DNA from: a virus
Lineage: Duplodnaviria; Caudoviricetes
Length of the DNA stretch: 36,657 bases
IMG/VR virus record: IMGVR_UViG_3300043432_000216
Location: 1 to 36,657 of that record
Strand: one strand, 5' to 3'
Shown here piece by piece: positions 18,256-26,849 of this stretch. The notes under the pieces are model-generated. The model was not told the origin of the DNA, made no database searches, and worked only from the letters and a program-made list of their open reading frames with translations. Made by a program: the position numbers and the translations under genes. Positions within the stretch are counted from its first letter, which is position 1. The number at the start of each line of letters is the position of its first letter.

Positions 18256-18345
18256 ATGTCTGAAAATAATGAAAATTGGGCTGTTGTTGAATTAATGGGT
18301 CATGTGACCATTGCTGGTCGAGTAACGAAACCAGGCGAATTGTGA
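18256..18345 (+). pseudogene. Truncated phage hypothetical gene (29 aa)
   Basis: AAGGAG RBS; MSENNENWAVVELMGHVTIAGRVTKPGEL*. The WA.VELMGH..AGRV motif normally starts longer phage proteins. Confidence 0.45.
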
Positions 18346-18477
18346 ATCGCGAATCGAGATTCGGTTCGTGCCCCTGCCACCGGAGAACCGTCCCGGCTAC
18401 GAAGCGGCAATCCGCTGGTTGCTCAAGTTGATCGAAGAAGAACAGCGGTCATCAATTAGCTCGCAAAGGAAGTTGTC

Positions 18478-18684
18478 ATGTTTGATAAAAAAATAAAGTG
18501 CGTCTCATGCAATAAGAATAAGCCTACAAAAGAAATTCGGTACACATTTAGAAACAGAGAACGATTGGCTTTATGTTCCGAATGTTGGGATGCAGCAAAG
18601 TATGTTTTAGCCGCTTTGTCCCCTGTTAACAAAGCAGATGAAGCTAGAAATCGTTGGCTTCATAGTCAACAGGGAATAAAGTGA
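18478..18684 (+). CDS. Small CxxC/CxxC zinc-finger protein (AT-rich)
   Basis: CVSC...CSEC; AAGGA RBS. Confidence 0.6.
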   Translation: MFDKKIKCVSCNKNKPTKEIRYTFRNRERLALCSECWDAAKYVLAALSPVNKADEARNRWLHSQQGIK

Positions 18685-18839
18685 GACCTTCACAAGTGAA
18701 TAACGGGACACACTGACGATCCCGTTTTCAACATCCACCCGCACGCGCCAGCAGGTGCCGGTGAGACCCACATACAAATGATGACAAACGAATGACTGCT
18801 GGCAAGCCATTATCCAATTTTTTGAAAGGACTCAATCTC

Positions 18840-19088
18840 ATGTCAAGTCAAACTGCTCTCCAATGCAAAAAATGCTCCAAGATCTGGACCCGTCGCACCC
18901 TGCTCGATGACGCCTGCCCCGAATGTAAAGGCGAGATCGTGGATATCACCCACACCGCTAAGGGACAAGAATTTCTCAGCATCATCAGCATCCCAACTGA
19001 GATCCGCACCAGCCCGATGGATAACCAACAGATCTATGCCACGGGACCGTCCAATGTCTTTTCAGTCCATGTTGGAGATCAATCATGA
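18840..19088 (+). CDS. Small zinc-ribbon protein
   Basis: AAAGGA RBS before ATG 18840; CKKC...CPEC. Confidence 0.65.
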   Translation: MSSQTALQCKKCSKIWTRRTLLDDACPECKGEIVDITHTAKGQEFLSIISIPTEIRTSPMDNQQIYATGPSNVFSVHVGDQS

Positions 19089-19303
19089 CCGACACTACTT
19101 TCTCCACCAAACAGCGTGTCACCTTCACCTGTGCATTTGATACGCGCCTCGGCGCTTACGCACTCAACCAGGGCGAAGCAGTCAAAGCCGTGAGCGATGG
19201 CAAAGGCAATTTCGATCTGTACATCGAATGGGCAGATGGCTCATTGGGTAAATACACTGCCAGCCAGATCAATCTCGTTGCTGGATACGAGGCGGTGCAA
19301 TAA
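19085..19303 (+). CDS. Hypothetical protein
   Basis: GGAG RBS; ATGA overlap with the upstream gene. Confidence 0.6.
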   Translation: MTDTTFSTKQRVTFTCAFDTRLGAYALNQGEAVKAVSDGKGNFDLYIEWADGSLGKYTASQINLVAGYEAVQ

Positions 19304-19374
19304 TGGACCCGATCTTTTTGTCATTGATTTTCATCCTCGCTTTTTTCCTACTCCTCTACATCGGATAATTCAAT

Positions 19375-20364
19375 ATGCAAACACTTCAAACTTTGTCTCT
19401 TAACGTCCCTATGTTCAACGTTCAAACGGATTGGCAAACTGAATTCGCTGTCCACGTTGCCAAGCACTACCGCAACGCCAAAAGCGCCACACTCATCCAT
19501 CAACACCTGCGCATCTTTGCAGCATGGTACGAAGCTGAATTCGGACACCCCTTCGATGCCCGCCTGCTCACGCATTACGATCTCGTCCGCTTCCGCATTC
19601 ACTCCCTCGACGAAGCCAAGGTCAAAGCCCGCACCTGGAACTCCCGCCTGTGGGCGCTCGGCATCCTATGCGACTGGCTTGGCATGTCCACCTTGCTTGA
19701 AGACATCACCGAAAAAAGCACCAACAGCGTATCCGACAAACATCGCGCCCTCACCGACAACGAATACAACCGTCTCATCCACGCCCTCGAACTGATCGCC
19801 ATGCACAAATCCCCGACCCAAGCAAAATACATCGACGCCGTGCTCGATTGGGCATCCGTCTACATCATGCTCCACGGCTTGCGCGTTGAAGAATGTTCCC
19901 ACGTCGAACTCCGCGATCTCGATATCGACCACGAACGCAGTGGATCGGTCCTCGTCCGCAATGGCAAAGGCGACAAAGAGCGGAAGGTCCCACTCAACTC
20001 CGAAGCTCGACGTGTCCTCCGCCTCTGGCGTGACGTTCGTCCTGCCTCAGCCTCCGAATCATCTTCCCCCAAATCCGATGCTCTTTCGCATTTGGGGGAA
20101 CGCGGCGCAGCCGAAGGGGGTTCGCTCTTCTGCGTCTCCAAACGCACCCTCCAGCGCAACGTGCCCACGCTGGGCGCACAGATCGGCGTCCCCGATCTCA
20201 CCCCGCACTGGCTCCGCTATACCTTCGCCAAACGCCTCGAAAAGAACGGCACGCCCCTCGAAACCATCCGCGACCTGCTCGGACACGAATCCATCGAAAC
20301 CACCAAACGCTACCTCAAATCATCCGCCGAAGAACTCCAGTCCGCGGTGGAAGGGGTGATGTGA
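19375..20364 (+). CDS. XerC/D-like tyrosine recombinase
   Basis: GLRVEE (R), GKGDKER (K), HWLR (HxxR), LLGH, TTKRY (Y); SAM-like N-terminal domain. Confidence 0.9.
   Translation: MQTLQTLSLNVPMFNVQTDWQTEFAVHVAKHYRNAKSATLIHQHLRIFAAWYEAEFGHPFDARLLTHYDLVRFRIHSLDEAKVKARTWNSRLWALGILCDWLGMSTLLEDITEKSTNSVSDKHRALTDNEYNRLIHALELIAMHKSPTQAKYIDAVLDWASVYIMLHGLRVEECSHVELRDLDIDHERSGSVLVRNGKGDKERKVPLNSEARRVLRLWRDVRPASASESSSPKSDALSHLGERGAAEGGSLFCVSKRTLQRNVPTLGAQIGVPDLTPHWLRYTFAKRLEKNGTPLETIRDLLGHESIETTKRYLKSSAEELQSAVEGVM
20064..20121 (-). repeat. REP-like family A element inside the Xer-like CDS
   Basis: TTCCCCCAAAT...ATTTGGGGGAA stem; its reverse complement resembles the copy at 25987-26044. Confidence 0.7.
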
Positions 20365-21350
20365 TGAAGTTTTTAGAAACTGTGCGCGATGCACTTCGCA
20401 CCCATCATTACGCCTACAAGACCGAAAAGACATATATGCACTGGATCAAGCAGTACGTGCGTTTCATCAAGCCCGTTCATCCACGCGAGGCTGGGCAAGA
20501 TGGCATCAAACGCTTTTTGACTCATTTGGCAGTTGATCGGCAAGTCAGCGCAACCACGCAGAATCAGGCATTGGCGGCATTGCTCTTCTTATACAAACTC
20601 TATGGCGTTGAGATCGGTAATCTTGATATTGTCCGCGCGAAGAAATCTACCTATCTTCCTACAGTGCTCAATCACGAAGAAGCTATGCGTTTGCTTGAAC
20701 AGTTGAACGGTCAATATCGCATCATGGGGCAATTAATGTATGGTGGCGGCTTGCGTCTGATGGAATGTTTGCGTTTGCGCGTTAAAGACGTGGACTTTGA
20801 AAATCGCACCTTGACCCTGCGCGATACAAAATCAAACCATGATCGTATCACTTGCCTGCCCGAATCAGTCATCCCAGCGTTGATATTGCACCTGGCAAAA
20901 GTCAAAGCACAGCATACCGAAGACCTGGCGAATGGGCGCGGCGAAGTCGAATTACCTTTTGCTCTCGACAAGAAATATCCTAATGCGCCATTTGAATGGG
21001 CATGGCAATACATCTTCCCTGCTATGAACTTCTCCACAGATCCGCGCAGTGGGCACGTCCGCAGGCATCATGTGTATGAAACCAGTGTCCAAAAGGCGAT
21101 CAAACAAGCCGCGCGCAAAGCTGGCATTCATAAACTCGTCGGTCCGCACACACTTAGGCATTCATTCGCCACCCGTCTACTTGAACTTGGAAACGACATC
21201 CGTACCATTCAGGAGTTATTAGGACACAAAGATTTGAAAACCACCATGATCTATACCCACATTACTATGAAGGGGAGCGGAGTGATCAGTCCGCTTGATG
21301 CAGTCAATCCTCAGCGCGGTATTAAACGCACCGTTGCTGTTGAATCATGA
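20361..21350 (+). CDS. intI: Integron integrase (IntI family)
   Basis: HY...[49 protein letters not shown], the integron-specific insert (DL..G.G.V.LP.AL.KKYP.A..EW.WQ..FP...S.DPRSG..RRHH), HTLRHSFAT and [19 protein letters not shown]. Confidence 0.95.
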   Translation: MMKFLETVRDALRTHHYAYKTEKTYMHWIKQYVRFIKPVHPREAGQDGIKRFLTHLAVDRQVSATTQNQALAALLFLYKLYGVEIGNLDIVRAKKSTYLPTVLNHEEAMRLLEQLNGQYRIMGQLMYGGGLRLMECLRLRVKDVDFENRTLTLRDTKSNHDRITCLPESVIPALILHLAKVKAQHTEDLANGRGEVELPFALDKKYPNAPFEWAWQYIFPAMNFSTDPRSGHVRRHHVYETSVQKAIKQAARKAGIHKLVGPHTLRHSFATRLLELGNDIRTIQELLGHKDLKTTMIYTHITMKGSGVISPLDAVNPQRGIKRTVAVES

Positions 21351-21357
21351 GTTAGGC
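21339..21357 (+). other. attI-like site overlapping the 3' end of intI
   Basis: GTTGAAT (degenerate L box), CATGA spacer, then GTTAGGC core (GTTRRRY, 21351-21357) directly after the intI TGA. Confidence 0.7.
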
Positions 21358-21599
21358 GCTTACTCGCCAGAAAAGGAAATGAAATGTCAAAGTCATTACG
21401 CAGTATGTCAGAGTCCGAGCGCAAGGCAGCCATTGCCCGCCGTTTGTCGTCCAATACCAAAGGTCTTGGCTATTGGGCAGCCGTTGATGCACAGGCACGC
21501 CTAACAAAGCGTGCAGTTGACGCGGCGAAGGCTGCGGCTCAACAGGTCAAATCCGATGGCGATGTGTCGCAAGGCACGCCGCGCAACTAACGCAAACCG
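21352..21599 (+). mobile_element. Integron gene cassette (248 bp)
   Basis: Starts at G/TTAGGCG and ends at the G of G/TTAGAT. Internal CGCCTAAC (21498-21505) is the exact complement of GTTAGGCG. Confidence 0.85.
21384..21590 (+). CDS. Cassette ORF, 68-aa hypothetical, reads through most of attC
   Basis: AAGGA RBS 6 nt upstream; stop TAA falls in the L' arm of attC. Confidence 0.55.
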   Translation: MSKSLRSMSESERKAAIARRLSSNTKGLGYWAAVDAQARLTKRAVDAAKAAAQQVKSDGDVSQGTPRN

Positions 21600-21605
21600 T
21601 TAGAT
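21499..21605 (+). other. attC site (107 bp)
   Basis: R'' GCCTAAC and R' GTTAGAT. Arms GCGTGCAGTTGACGCGGCG / CGCCGCGCAACTAACGC pair with two extra bases in the left arm (C and A, i.e. G and T on the bottom strand). Confidence 0.9.
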
Positions 21606-21765
21606 CAAGGATGCAACTGAGATATGGCAGGTCAACACACGGCACAGCACAGCGGTCAACGTGGGCACGCGTCCACTTGTGTATCAGTAGAAGAAAGAAT
21701 CGTAATGTTCACTTTCTACATGCGTTGTGTAGGGCGGGTACACGTCCCTGTGAAAACGGTTGGGC

Positions 21766-21793
21766 GTGTCACATAGGTAGTCTTATGTGACAA
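21766..21793. other. dif-like 11-6-11 tyrosine-recombinase site candidate
   Basis: GTGTCACATAG-GTAGTC-TTATGTGACAA; additional half-site TGTCACATA at 21853-21861. Confidence 0.5.
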
Positions 21794-21978
21794 AACCCTG
21801 CCCTATGTGCCTGTTCTTGGCGGTTAGATTGGGGCGTAAGGGGGGGATTATTTGTCACATAGTGATGAGGGGTAGGGGGGCGGGGGTGCTCGGCGATGAT
21901 CGGCGTGATTGGCAGGGCTAGCCGTGGCGGGTTGGCTCGAATATATAACAAAATTCTAGGAAAACGGGTTCTTGGCTT

Positions 21979-24900
21979 ATGACAATTATAGATGACATCA
22001 AAGCACAAATTGATCTGAGCGTTCTGGTTTCAGAAACGGCTTCTACAAAGTTGAAGAAGAGCGGAGGCGGATGGATCGGGTTTTGTCCATTCCATGATGA
22101 CAGGCACAAGCCGAGCTTAGTGGTGTATGCACCGAATGCGAAGGGGGGCTGGTATTGGAAATGCTTTTACTGCAATGAAGGCGGAAGTCAGATCGATTGG
22201 TTATTGAAGAAGAACCCCGGTTGGGATACGACTGAGGCGATCAAAAACCTGGCGACGCGGGCAGGGATCGATCTGCGGGTGGGGGATGCGAGTATCCCTG
22301 AGCGAGTGGCGGCGCAAAAGAAGCGCAGCGCTTTGCGAATTGCGATGGATGTATTTCGGCGCTGGCTATTGGGAACTTATCGGGATGGAAAAATTTCAAA
22401 AACGGGTGATGCTGCTGCTTTGAGTTATGCAATTGACCGCGGCTGGAACATGGGCGCGATCGAGAACGGCGGTTTATTGGGTTTCAGCGGGCGGGCTACT
22501 GCTGAAGAATATAAAGAGATGCGCGGCGAATTCCAAATGAACGGCATTGATCTGCTTTCGCCTGAAGCCGTGATGATCCTGGGCTTCAAGGGGAATGTGG
22601 CGGAGTGGGCAAAGGCGCGCGGCTTGGATGCGAAAGCCTTTTCGGATAATTACATCAGCGGGTTCATGGATATGCCGGGGCTGGTGTATGCGCATAAATT
22701 TGACGGCAAAATTAAATATCTTTCGATGCGTATCCTGCCCGGCTTCGATGAGAAGCGGAAGAGTCACAATCCGAATGCGGGATTGATCGGGGACCGGCGG
22801 GCATTCCGTAATTCGTTGTATCGTCATCATCATTTGGAAGGTCAAGAAAAGGGCGCGCTGCTGTATGTGGTGGAAGGGCAGGGGGACGCGAAAACTTTTG
22901 AGATGGTCGGTTTGCCAGCGGTGGCTTTGTGCGGTTCGGCATGGGAATATCTGGTTGAGAGCGGTGAGATCGACGATTGGTTGAATGATTATGAAGAGTT
23001 GATCTATGTGACGGATGCGGATGAGGCAGGGGAGAAGGTGGTGACTGGCAAGAAGAACGATTATGGAATGATGAAGGCTTTGGGCGCGATGTTGTGGGTG
23101 GGTCGGACGCCAAAGAAGACCTGGACACGCCCGGATGGTACTGAGAAGACCATCAAGGATGTGAATGACATCGCGCAATATGTGAAGGATACGAAGGCTG
23201 AAGAAAAGATCAGCAATGCACTCTATAACGAAATATCCACCAAGGCAGAGCGGATCGTGGTGATGGCGGCGCGGTTTGCGGGCACGCTAGAAGGTCAACC
23301 ACGCAAACAAATGGTTGAAAAGATCGTGCGTCCGATGATCCTATCCATACCGGAAGATCAACGTTCGGATCTGTATCGAAATCTGGCATATGCTCTTCAT
23401 CCAAATGTTGCAAAGTCGGTTGCTACTACTGACTTCAATAAATGGCTGCGGGCACAGGAAAAAAGCGCGGCGAATAATACGGAAGAAGAAACAAAACTGC
23501 CTGAGATTGAAACCTATGGTGGTTGGTACCCTGACAATGAAACAAAGAATAGTGGTTATTTGGTTGAGTTGTATTATGACCGAAAAGTAAATAAGATCCG
23601 CCTGGCGTGGGTGCATATCAAGGATTTGCAGAACAATGTGCGCGAGATCGGGCAGGGCAAGTGCTTGACGTTGGAAAATAAAATTTTGGTGCCGCCTGAA
23701 TATGACCAATTGATCCAAGAGAATATTGAACTGAATTCATCCGCGTTGAAAATGTCCACGGGCATCGGCGAGAAATTTTCGACGGGTGATCTGATCAAAC
23801 GGAGTTCTGATTTCTATAATCGTTATTTTTACACGGAAGATAAAAGCAAGTTCAAGTTCAGCGCTTCGTGGTCATTAAATACCTGGGTGCATGATTGTTT
23901 CGATACGATGAACTTTCTGAGAATGCGCGGACCGGCTGGAAGTGGAAAGTCAGATCTGGCGTATTTGGTGGGCTTGACATCTTATCGTTTCGCTGTGACG
24001 GCGGCGGTGACTACTGCGGCTTCGCATGTAGGCATGGCAAAAATCTATAACTCCACAACTTTGATGGATGAATACGACAGCATGATGAAGCGAGATGATG
24101 GAAGCATTGAAGGGTTTTTGAAGGCACGTCCAATGCGCAGGATTGCCCATGCGTTCAAAATGATGGAAGTGATGACGCCGAACGGCAAGACATTTGTCCC
24201 GAGCAATACGGCCATTTATGGTGCCACGATCTTGACCGGCTATAAACCTTTTCAAGACAAAGGTATCGAAAGCCGCTGTATGACTTTTGACCTGGCGCGA
24301 ACGGACATGCTGACACTCGATAAAAACGATTTTGAGCCTGGGTATTATCCGCCTGAATTGGAGGATGAAGCTGAGGAGATTCGGAATGCATGTCTGCGCT
24401 GGCGTTTAGAAATGTGGATGCCGCGGATCGAGTTAACGATGGAACAACGCAAGGCACATAAATTGAATGATGTGCTGGTATCAGCGCGTGAAAATCAATT
24501 ATTGCGACCGATGAAGGTCATGGCGGTTGTGCAGAATGATATGCAATTATTGGAAGATCTATTCACAATCGGGCGAGCAAATTATGAAGATGAACTGCTA
24601 CAGCTTTCAGGATCGTTTGAGGCAATGGTAATGCGGGCGGCGCTGGCTGCGGATATTGCCAAAGATTTCGCATTGGGGATCAAACCACAAGCGAGCGCAC
24701 AATATGCTGAGAGAGTGAAAGGATATGCGGAGCTGGTGCAGGTGGGAAAGTTGGGCAAATACGGAGTGGTGCGCTATATCCTGTATAAGAACCTGGCGAA
24801 GATCATGAATGAAATCTTTGACCTGGAAAGCATCGATGAGTCTGAAGACGACAAGAAGCGCCGAAAAAAGACGCAAAGCAAAACCGCTGGCGACATTTGC

Positions 24901-25152
24901 CGAGATGCCTTCAGAATGCCGGTGATGCGAACGGGGGCGGGGTTTGTGGTGATCTTGAGCCGTGAGCGCCTAGATATTGCGCGGATGCGGCTCGGTCTGG
25001 ATCGTGAACCTGAATATGATCCGAATTATGTCGAAGAGACTGAAGATGTTGAAGTTGCAAAAGAACCCGAGCCAGTTCAGGAAAAATTTGAAGATTATGT
25101 TCCATCGGCTGATGCGGTTTGGCTGGATGAACATGATGATGAGATGCAATGA
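21979..25152 (+). CDS. Primase-helicase fusion (CHC2 zinc finger, Toprim, P-loop NTPase)
   Basis: CPFHDD..PS...CFYC; VEGQGD and DAD (Toprim); GPAGSGKS Walker A and LMDE Walker B. Confidence 0.88.
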   Translation: MTIIDDIKAQIDLSVLVSETASTKLKKSGGGWIGFCPFHDDRHKPSLVVYAPNAKGGWYWKCFYCNEGGSQIDWLLKKNPGWDTTEAIKNLATRAGIDLRVGDASIPERVAAQKKRSALRIAMDVFRRWLLGTYRDGKISKTGDAAALSYAIDRGWNMGAIENGGLLGFSGRATAEEYKEMRGEFQMNGIDLLSPEAVMILGFKGNVAEWAKARGLDAKAFSDNYISGFMDMPGLVYAHKFDGKIKYLSMRILPGFDEKRKSHNPNAGLIGDRRAFRNSLYRHHHLEGQEKGALLYVVEGQGDAKTFEMVGLPAVALCGSAWEYLVESGEIDDWLNDYEELIYVTDADEAGEKVVTGKKNDYGMMKALGAMLWVGRTPKKTWTRPDGTEKTIKDVNDIAQYVKDTKAEEKISNALYNEISTKAERIVVMAARFAGTLEGQPRKQMVEKIVRPMILSIPEDQRSDLYRNLAYALHPNVAKSVATTDFNKWLRAQEKSAANNTEEETKLPEIETYGGWYPDNETKNSGYLVELYYDRKVNKIRLAWVHIKDLQNNVREIGQGKCLTLENKILVPPEYDQLIQENIELNSSALKMSTGIGEKFSTGDLIKRSSDFYNRYFYTEDKSKFKFSASWSLNTWVHDCFDTMNFLRMRGPAGSGKSDLAYLVGLTSYRFAVTAAVTTAASHVGMAKIYNSTTLMDEYDSMMKRDDGSIEGFLKARPMRRIAHAFKMMEVMTPNGKTFVPSNTAIYGATILTGYKPFQDKGIESRCMTFDLARTDMLTLDKNDFEPGYYPPELEDEAEEIRNACLRWRLEMWMPRIELTMEQRKAHKLNDVLVSARENQLLRPMKVMAVVQNDMQLLEDLFTIGRANYEDELLQLSGSFEAMVMRAALAADIAKDFALGIKPQASAQYAERVKGYAELVQVGKLGKYGVVRYILYKNLAKIMNEIFDLESIDESEDDKKRRKKTQSKTAGDICRDAFRMPVMRTGAGFVVILSRERLDIARMRLGLDREPEYDPNYVEETEDVEVAKEPEPVQEKFEDYVPSADAVWLDEHDDEMQ

Positions 25153-25477
25153 ACCACTTAATGAACATTTATGAAGCAAATGAACCTGATTCCGGTGCTA
25201 TGGGCTATGCAAAAAAAAATACGCAATATTTTTTCTTGCGTATGGTCTATTTTGCTGTTTTTAGGTTCACAAATGTTCATTTGCTTCATAAATCTTGTTT
25301 TACGAAGTCAAAACCGTGAATATGTTAGACAATTTCGTGTAACATACGCCTATTTAATGAACCTTATGAACATTTATGAAGTAAGGGTATTTAAGCGTTT
25401 TTTTGAAATAGGTCGTTTTCATGGTGGTGAATTAATGAACATGAAAACATGCGTTACTTCATAGATGTTCATTAATT
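25149..25477. other. Putative replication origin (AT-rich, ATGAAC/G iterons in both orientations)
   Basis: More than ten ATGAA(C/G)-type units at about 10-bp spacing. Perfect 19-bp inverted repeat 25167-25185/25275-25293 and 13-bp inverted repeat 25430-25442/25465-25477. Confidence 0.65.
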
Positions 25478-25487
25478 GGAAAATATC

Positions 25488-25796
25488 ATGGATAAATTTT
25501 TAAATAACAATTCTAAACCATCCACTCCTACAAGCAATGATGAGGATACGAGCCTCGCGGTTTTGCAGTTTTTGGTGCTGGCACGCGGTGAATGGACGGT
25601 GCAGGCTGCGAAAAGTCCGTTTCGGGTGGAGATGGTGACAGCGGAGCGGCGGTATTGCTTGAAGTGTTTTGGAGTGCGGGTGCATGATGTGGTGAGCGGT
25701 TTCGGTCTCGATACATCCCGCGAAAGCGGCGGGGCTACTCGACCATTAAAGAAGTTAGTGATTTGCCGGTTTTGTGGAAAGGAGCGCTACTTATGA
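25488..25796 (+). CDS. Zinc-finger hypothetical protein carrying an in-frame palindromic insert
   Basis: CLKC...H...CRFC; GLDTSRESGGATRP insert. Confidence 0.6.
   Translation: MDKFLNNNSKPSTPTSNDEDTSLAVLQFLVLARGEWTVQAAKSPFRVEMVTAERRYCLKCFGVRVHDVVSGFGLDTSRESGGATRPLKKLVICRFCGKERYL
25704..25745. repeat. REP-like family B element (42 bp)
   Basis: GGTCTCGATACATCCCGCGAAAGCGGCGGGGCTACTCGACCA; 40/42 identical to 32258-32299. Confidence 0.9.
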
Positions 25797-25885
25797 AATT
25801 CTTTGAAGGTTTGATCAATGGCTGTTTGGTGGTTCTTCCGTTCTGGTGCATTGTGATCGGGTGGTTGGTATGGAGGTTTCGATGA
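25793..25885 (+). CDS. 30-aa single-TM peptide
   Basis: AAGGAG RBS, ATGA overlap; MKFFEGLINGCLVVLPFWCIVIGWLVWRFR. Confidence 0.6.
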   Translation: MKFFEGLINGCLVVLPFWCIVIGWLVWRFR

Positions 25886-26001
25886 AGCGTTTAGCGATTG
25901 GCTTTCAGCTTTTTTGGAATCAACGGTGGAATGTTCTGGCGGGGGGCGTATTGGCGGGTGTGGTGGTGTTGATCGTGAAGTTGCTGACCCCTCTGCCCTG
26001 A
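25882..26001 (+). CDS. 39-aa single-TM peptide
   Basis: GGAGG RBS, ATGA overlap; MKRLAIGFQLFWNQRWNVLAGGVLAGVVVLIVKLLTPLP. Confidence 0.6.
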   Translation: MKRLAIGFQLFWNQRWNVLAGGVLAGVVVLIVKLLTPLP

Positions 26002-26044
26002 TGGGCATCTCCCCAAATGCGGACGAGCGCCGAATTTAGGGAGA
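25987..26044 (+). repeat. REP-like family A element
   Basis: ACCCCTCTGCCCTGATGGGCATCTCCCCAAATGCGG...ATTTAGGGAGA; double hairpin. Confidence 0.7.
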
Positions 26045-26151
26045 GAAAGCAAACACCCGCTTCGATGGTAGGAGTTTGAGGTCTTCCATCAAAACGGGCA
26101 AGTGAATTGTACACCTACATCGTGCAGGTGTGAATAAAAAAGGAGTTTGAA

Positions 26152-26394
26152 ATGACTAAGTATAGTGAAATACGTGAGAAAAAAGGGTTGTGTCTAGGGA
26201 AAGATATTCGTGGTGAGATTCGCTTTGGTTGGCAGAAATGGCTTGAACATTTTGTTGAAACCGTTGATGGATTTGGAAATCGTAATAAACCGGAATGGGT
26301 TGCGTTTGCATGGGCAGATCAATATGAACCTCCTTGTCCGCCAGAAGAAACTCCATTAAAAACCGGTGGTTTCAAACTGCGGAAAGGTAGGTAG
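26152..26394 (+). CDS. AT-rich hypothetical protein
   Basis: AAGGAG RBS; 80 aa. Confidence 0.65.
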   Translation: MTKYSEIREKKGLCLGKDIRGEIRFGWQKWLEHFVETVDGFGNRNKPEWVAFAWADQYEPPCPPEETPLKTGGFKLRKGR

Positions 26395-26396
26395 AT

Positions 26397-26849
26397 GTGA
26401 ACTTTTTAGAGATGGTAATTAAGAAGCCATGGAGCGCGGGCGCGATCTGTTTCTTCTGGATACCTCTCGGCGGTGGGGCGCTGGCGTTGGTGTATTTGGG
26501 CATCCGCTATTGGTGGATCTCGCTGGGCGCGTTCGTGCTGGTGTGCATGGTGATCGGTACGCAACGCGATGCGCGTGAGACGAAGGCGCAAATTGCCAAT
26601 GAAAATTTCATGAATGAGAGCACGCGGCGAAATAACGAATTGATCAGGCTTTTAGCGCAGATCGGCAAGCCAACCTGGGGAAATGGCGGTCAGTATTCGC
26701 CTGAAGATGAGGCGCGCTGGAAAGTGTATCTTGAGAAAGAGGCTGAATATCAAGCCTGGTGGAAGAAGACCTGTAATGAGGTGATCGAGCTGGAAGGTTA
26801 TTCGATGAGCGATGAAGAGATCCATCAGCATTTGTACGGAGGTGAATAA
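26397..26849 (+). CDS. Hypothetical membrane protein
   Basis: Two N-terminal hydrophobic segments; coupled to the next gene. Confidence 0.65.
   Translation: MNFLEMVIKKPWSAGAICFFWIPLGGGALALVYLGIRYWWISLGAFVLVCMVIGTQRDARETKAQIANENFMNESTRRNNELIRLLAQIGKPTWGNGGQYSPEDEARWKVYLEKEAEYQAWWKKTCNEVIELEGYSMSDEEIHQHLYGGE

Noticed and set aside
18621-18674. Second attC at the end of the AT-rich zinc-finger gene (TAACAAAGC plus imperfect hairpin)
   Set aside because: The right end is GTCAACA rather than GTTRRRY, the spacer geometry is wrong, and no matching upstream core was found. At most a degenerate relic.
21606-21829. Second cassette ending at GTTAGAT (21823-21829)
   Set aside because: No ATCTAAC-like R'' box, paired L arms or convincing ORF were found upstream.
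25171-25464. 97-aa ORF
   Set aside because: It coincides with the iteron and inverted-repeat array; its MN/MK repeats simply reflect ATGAAC units.
25149-25477. CRISPR array
   Set aside because: Repeats are short, in both orientations and lack regular unique spacers; no cas genes.
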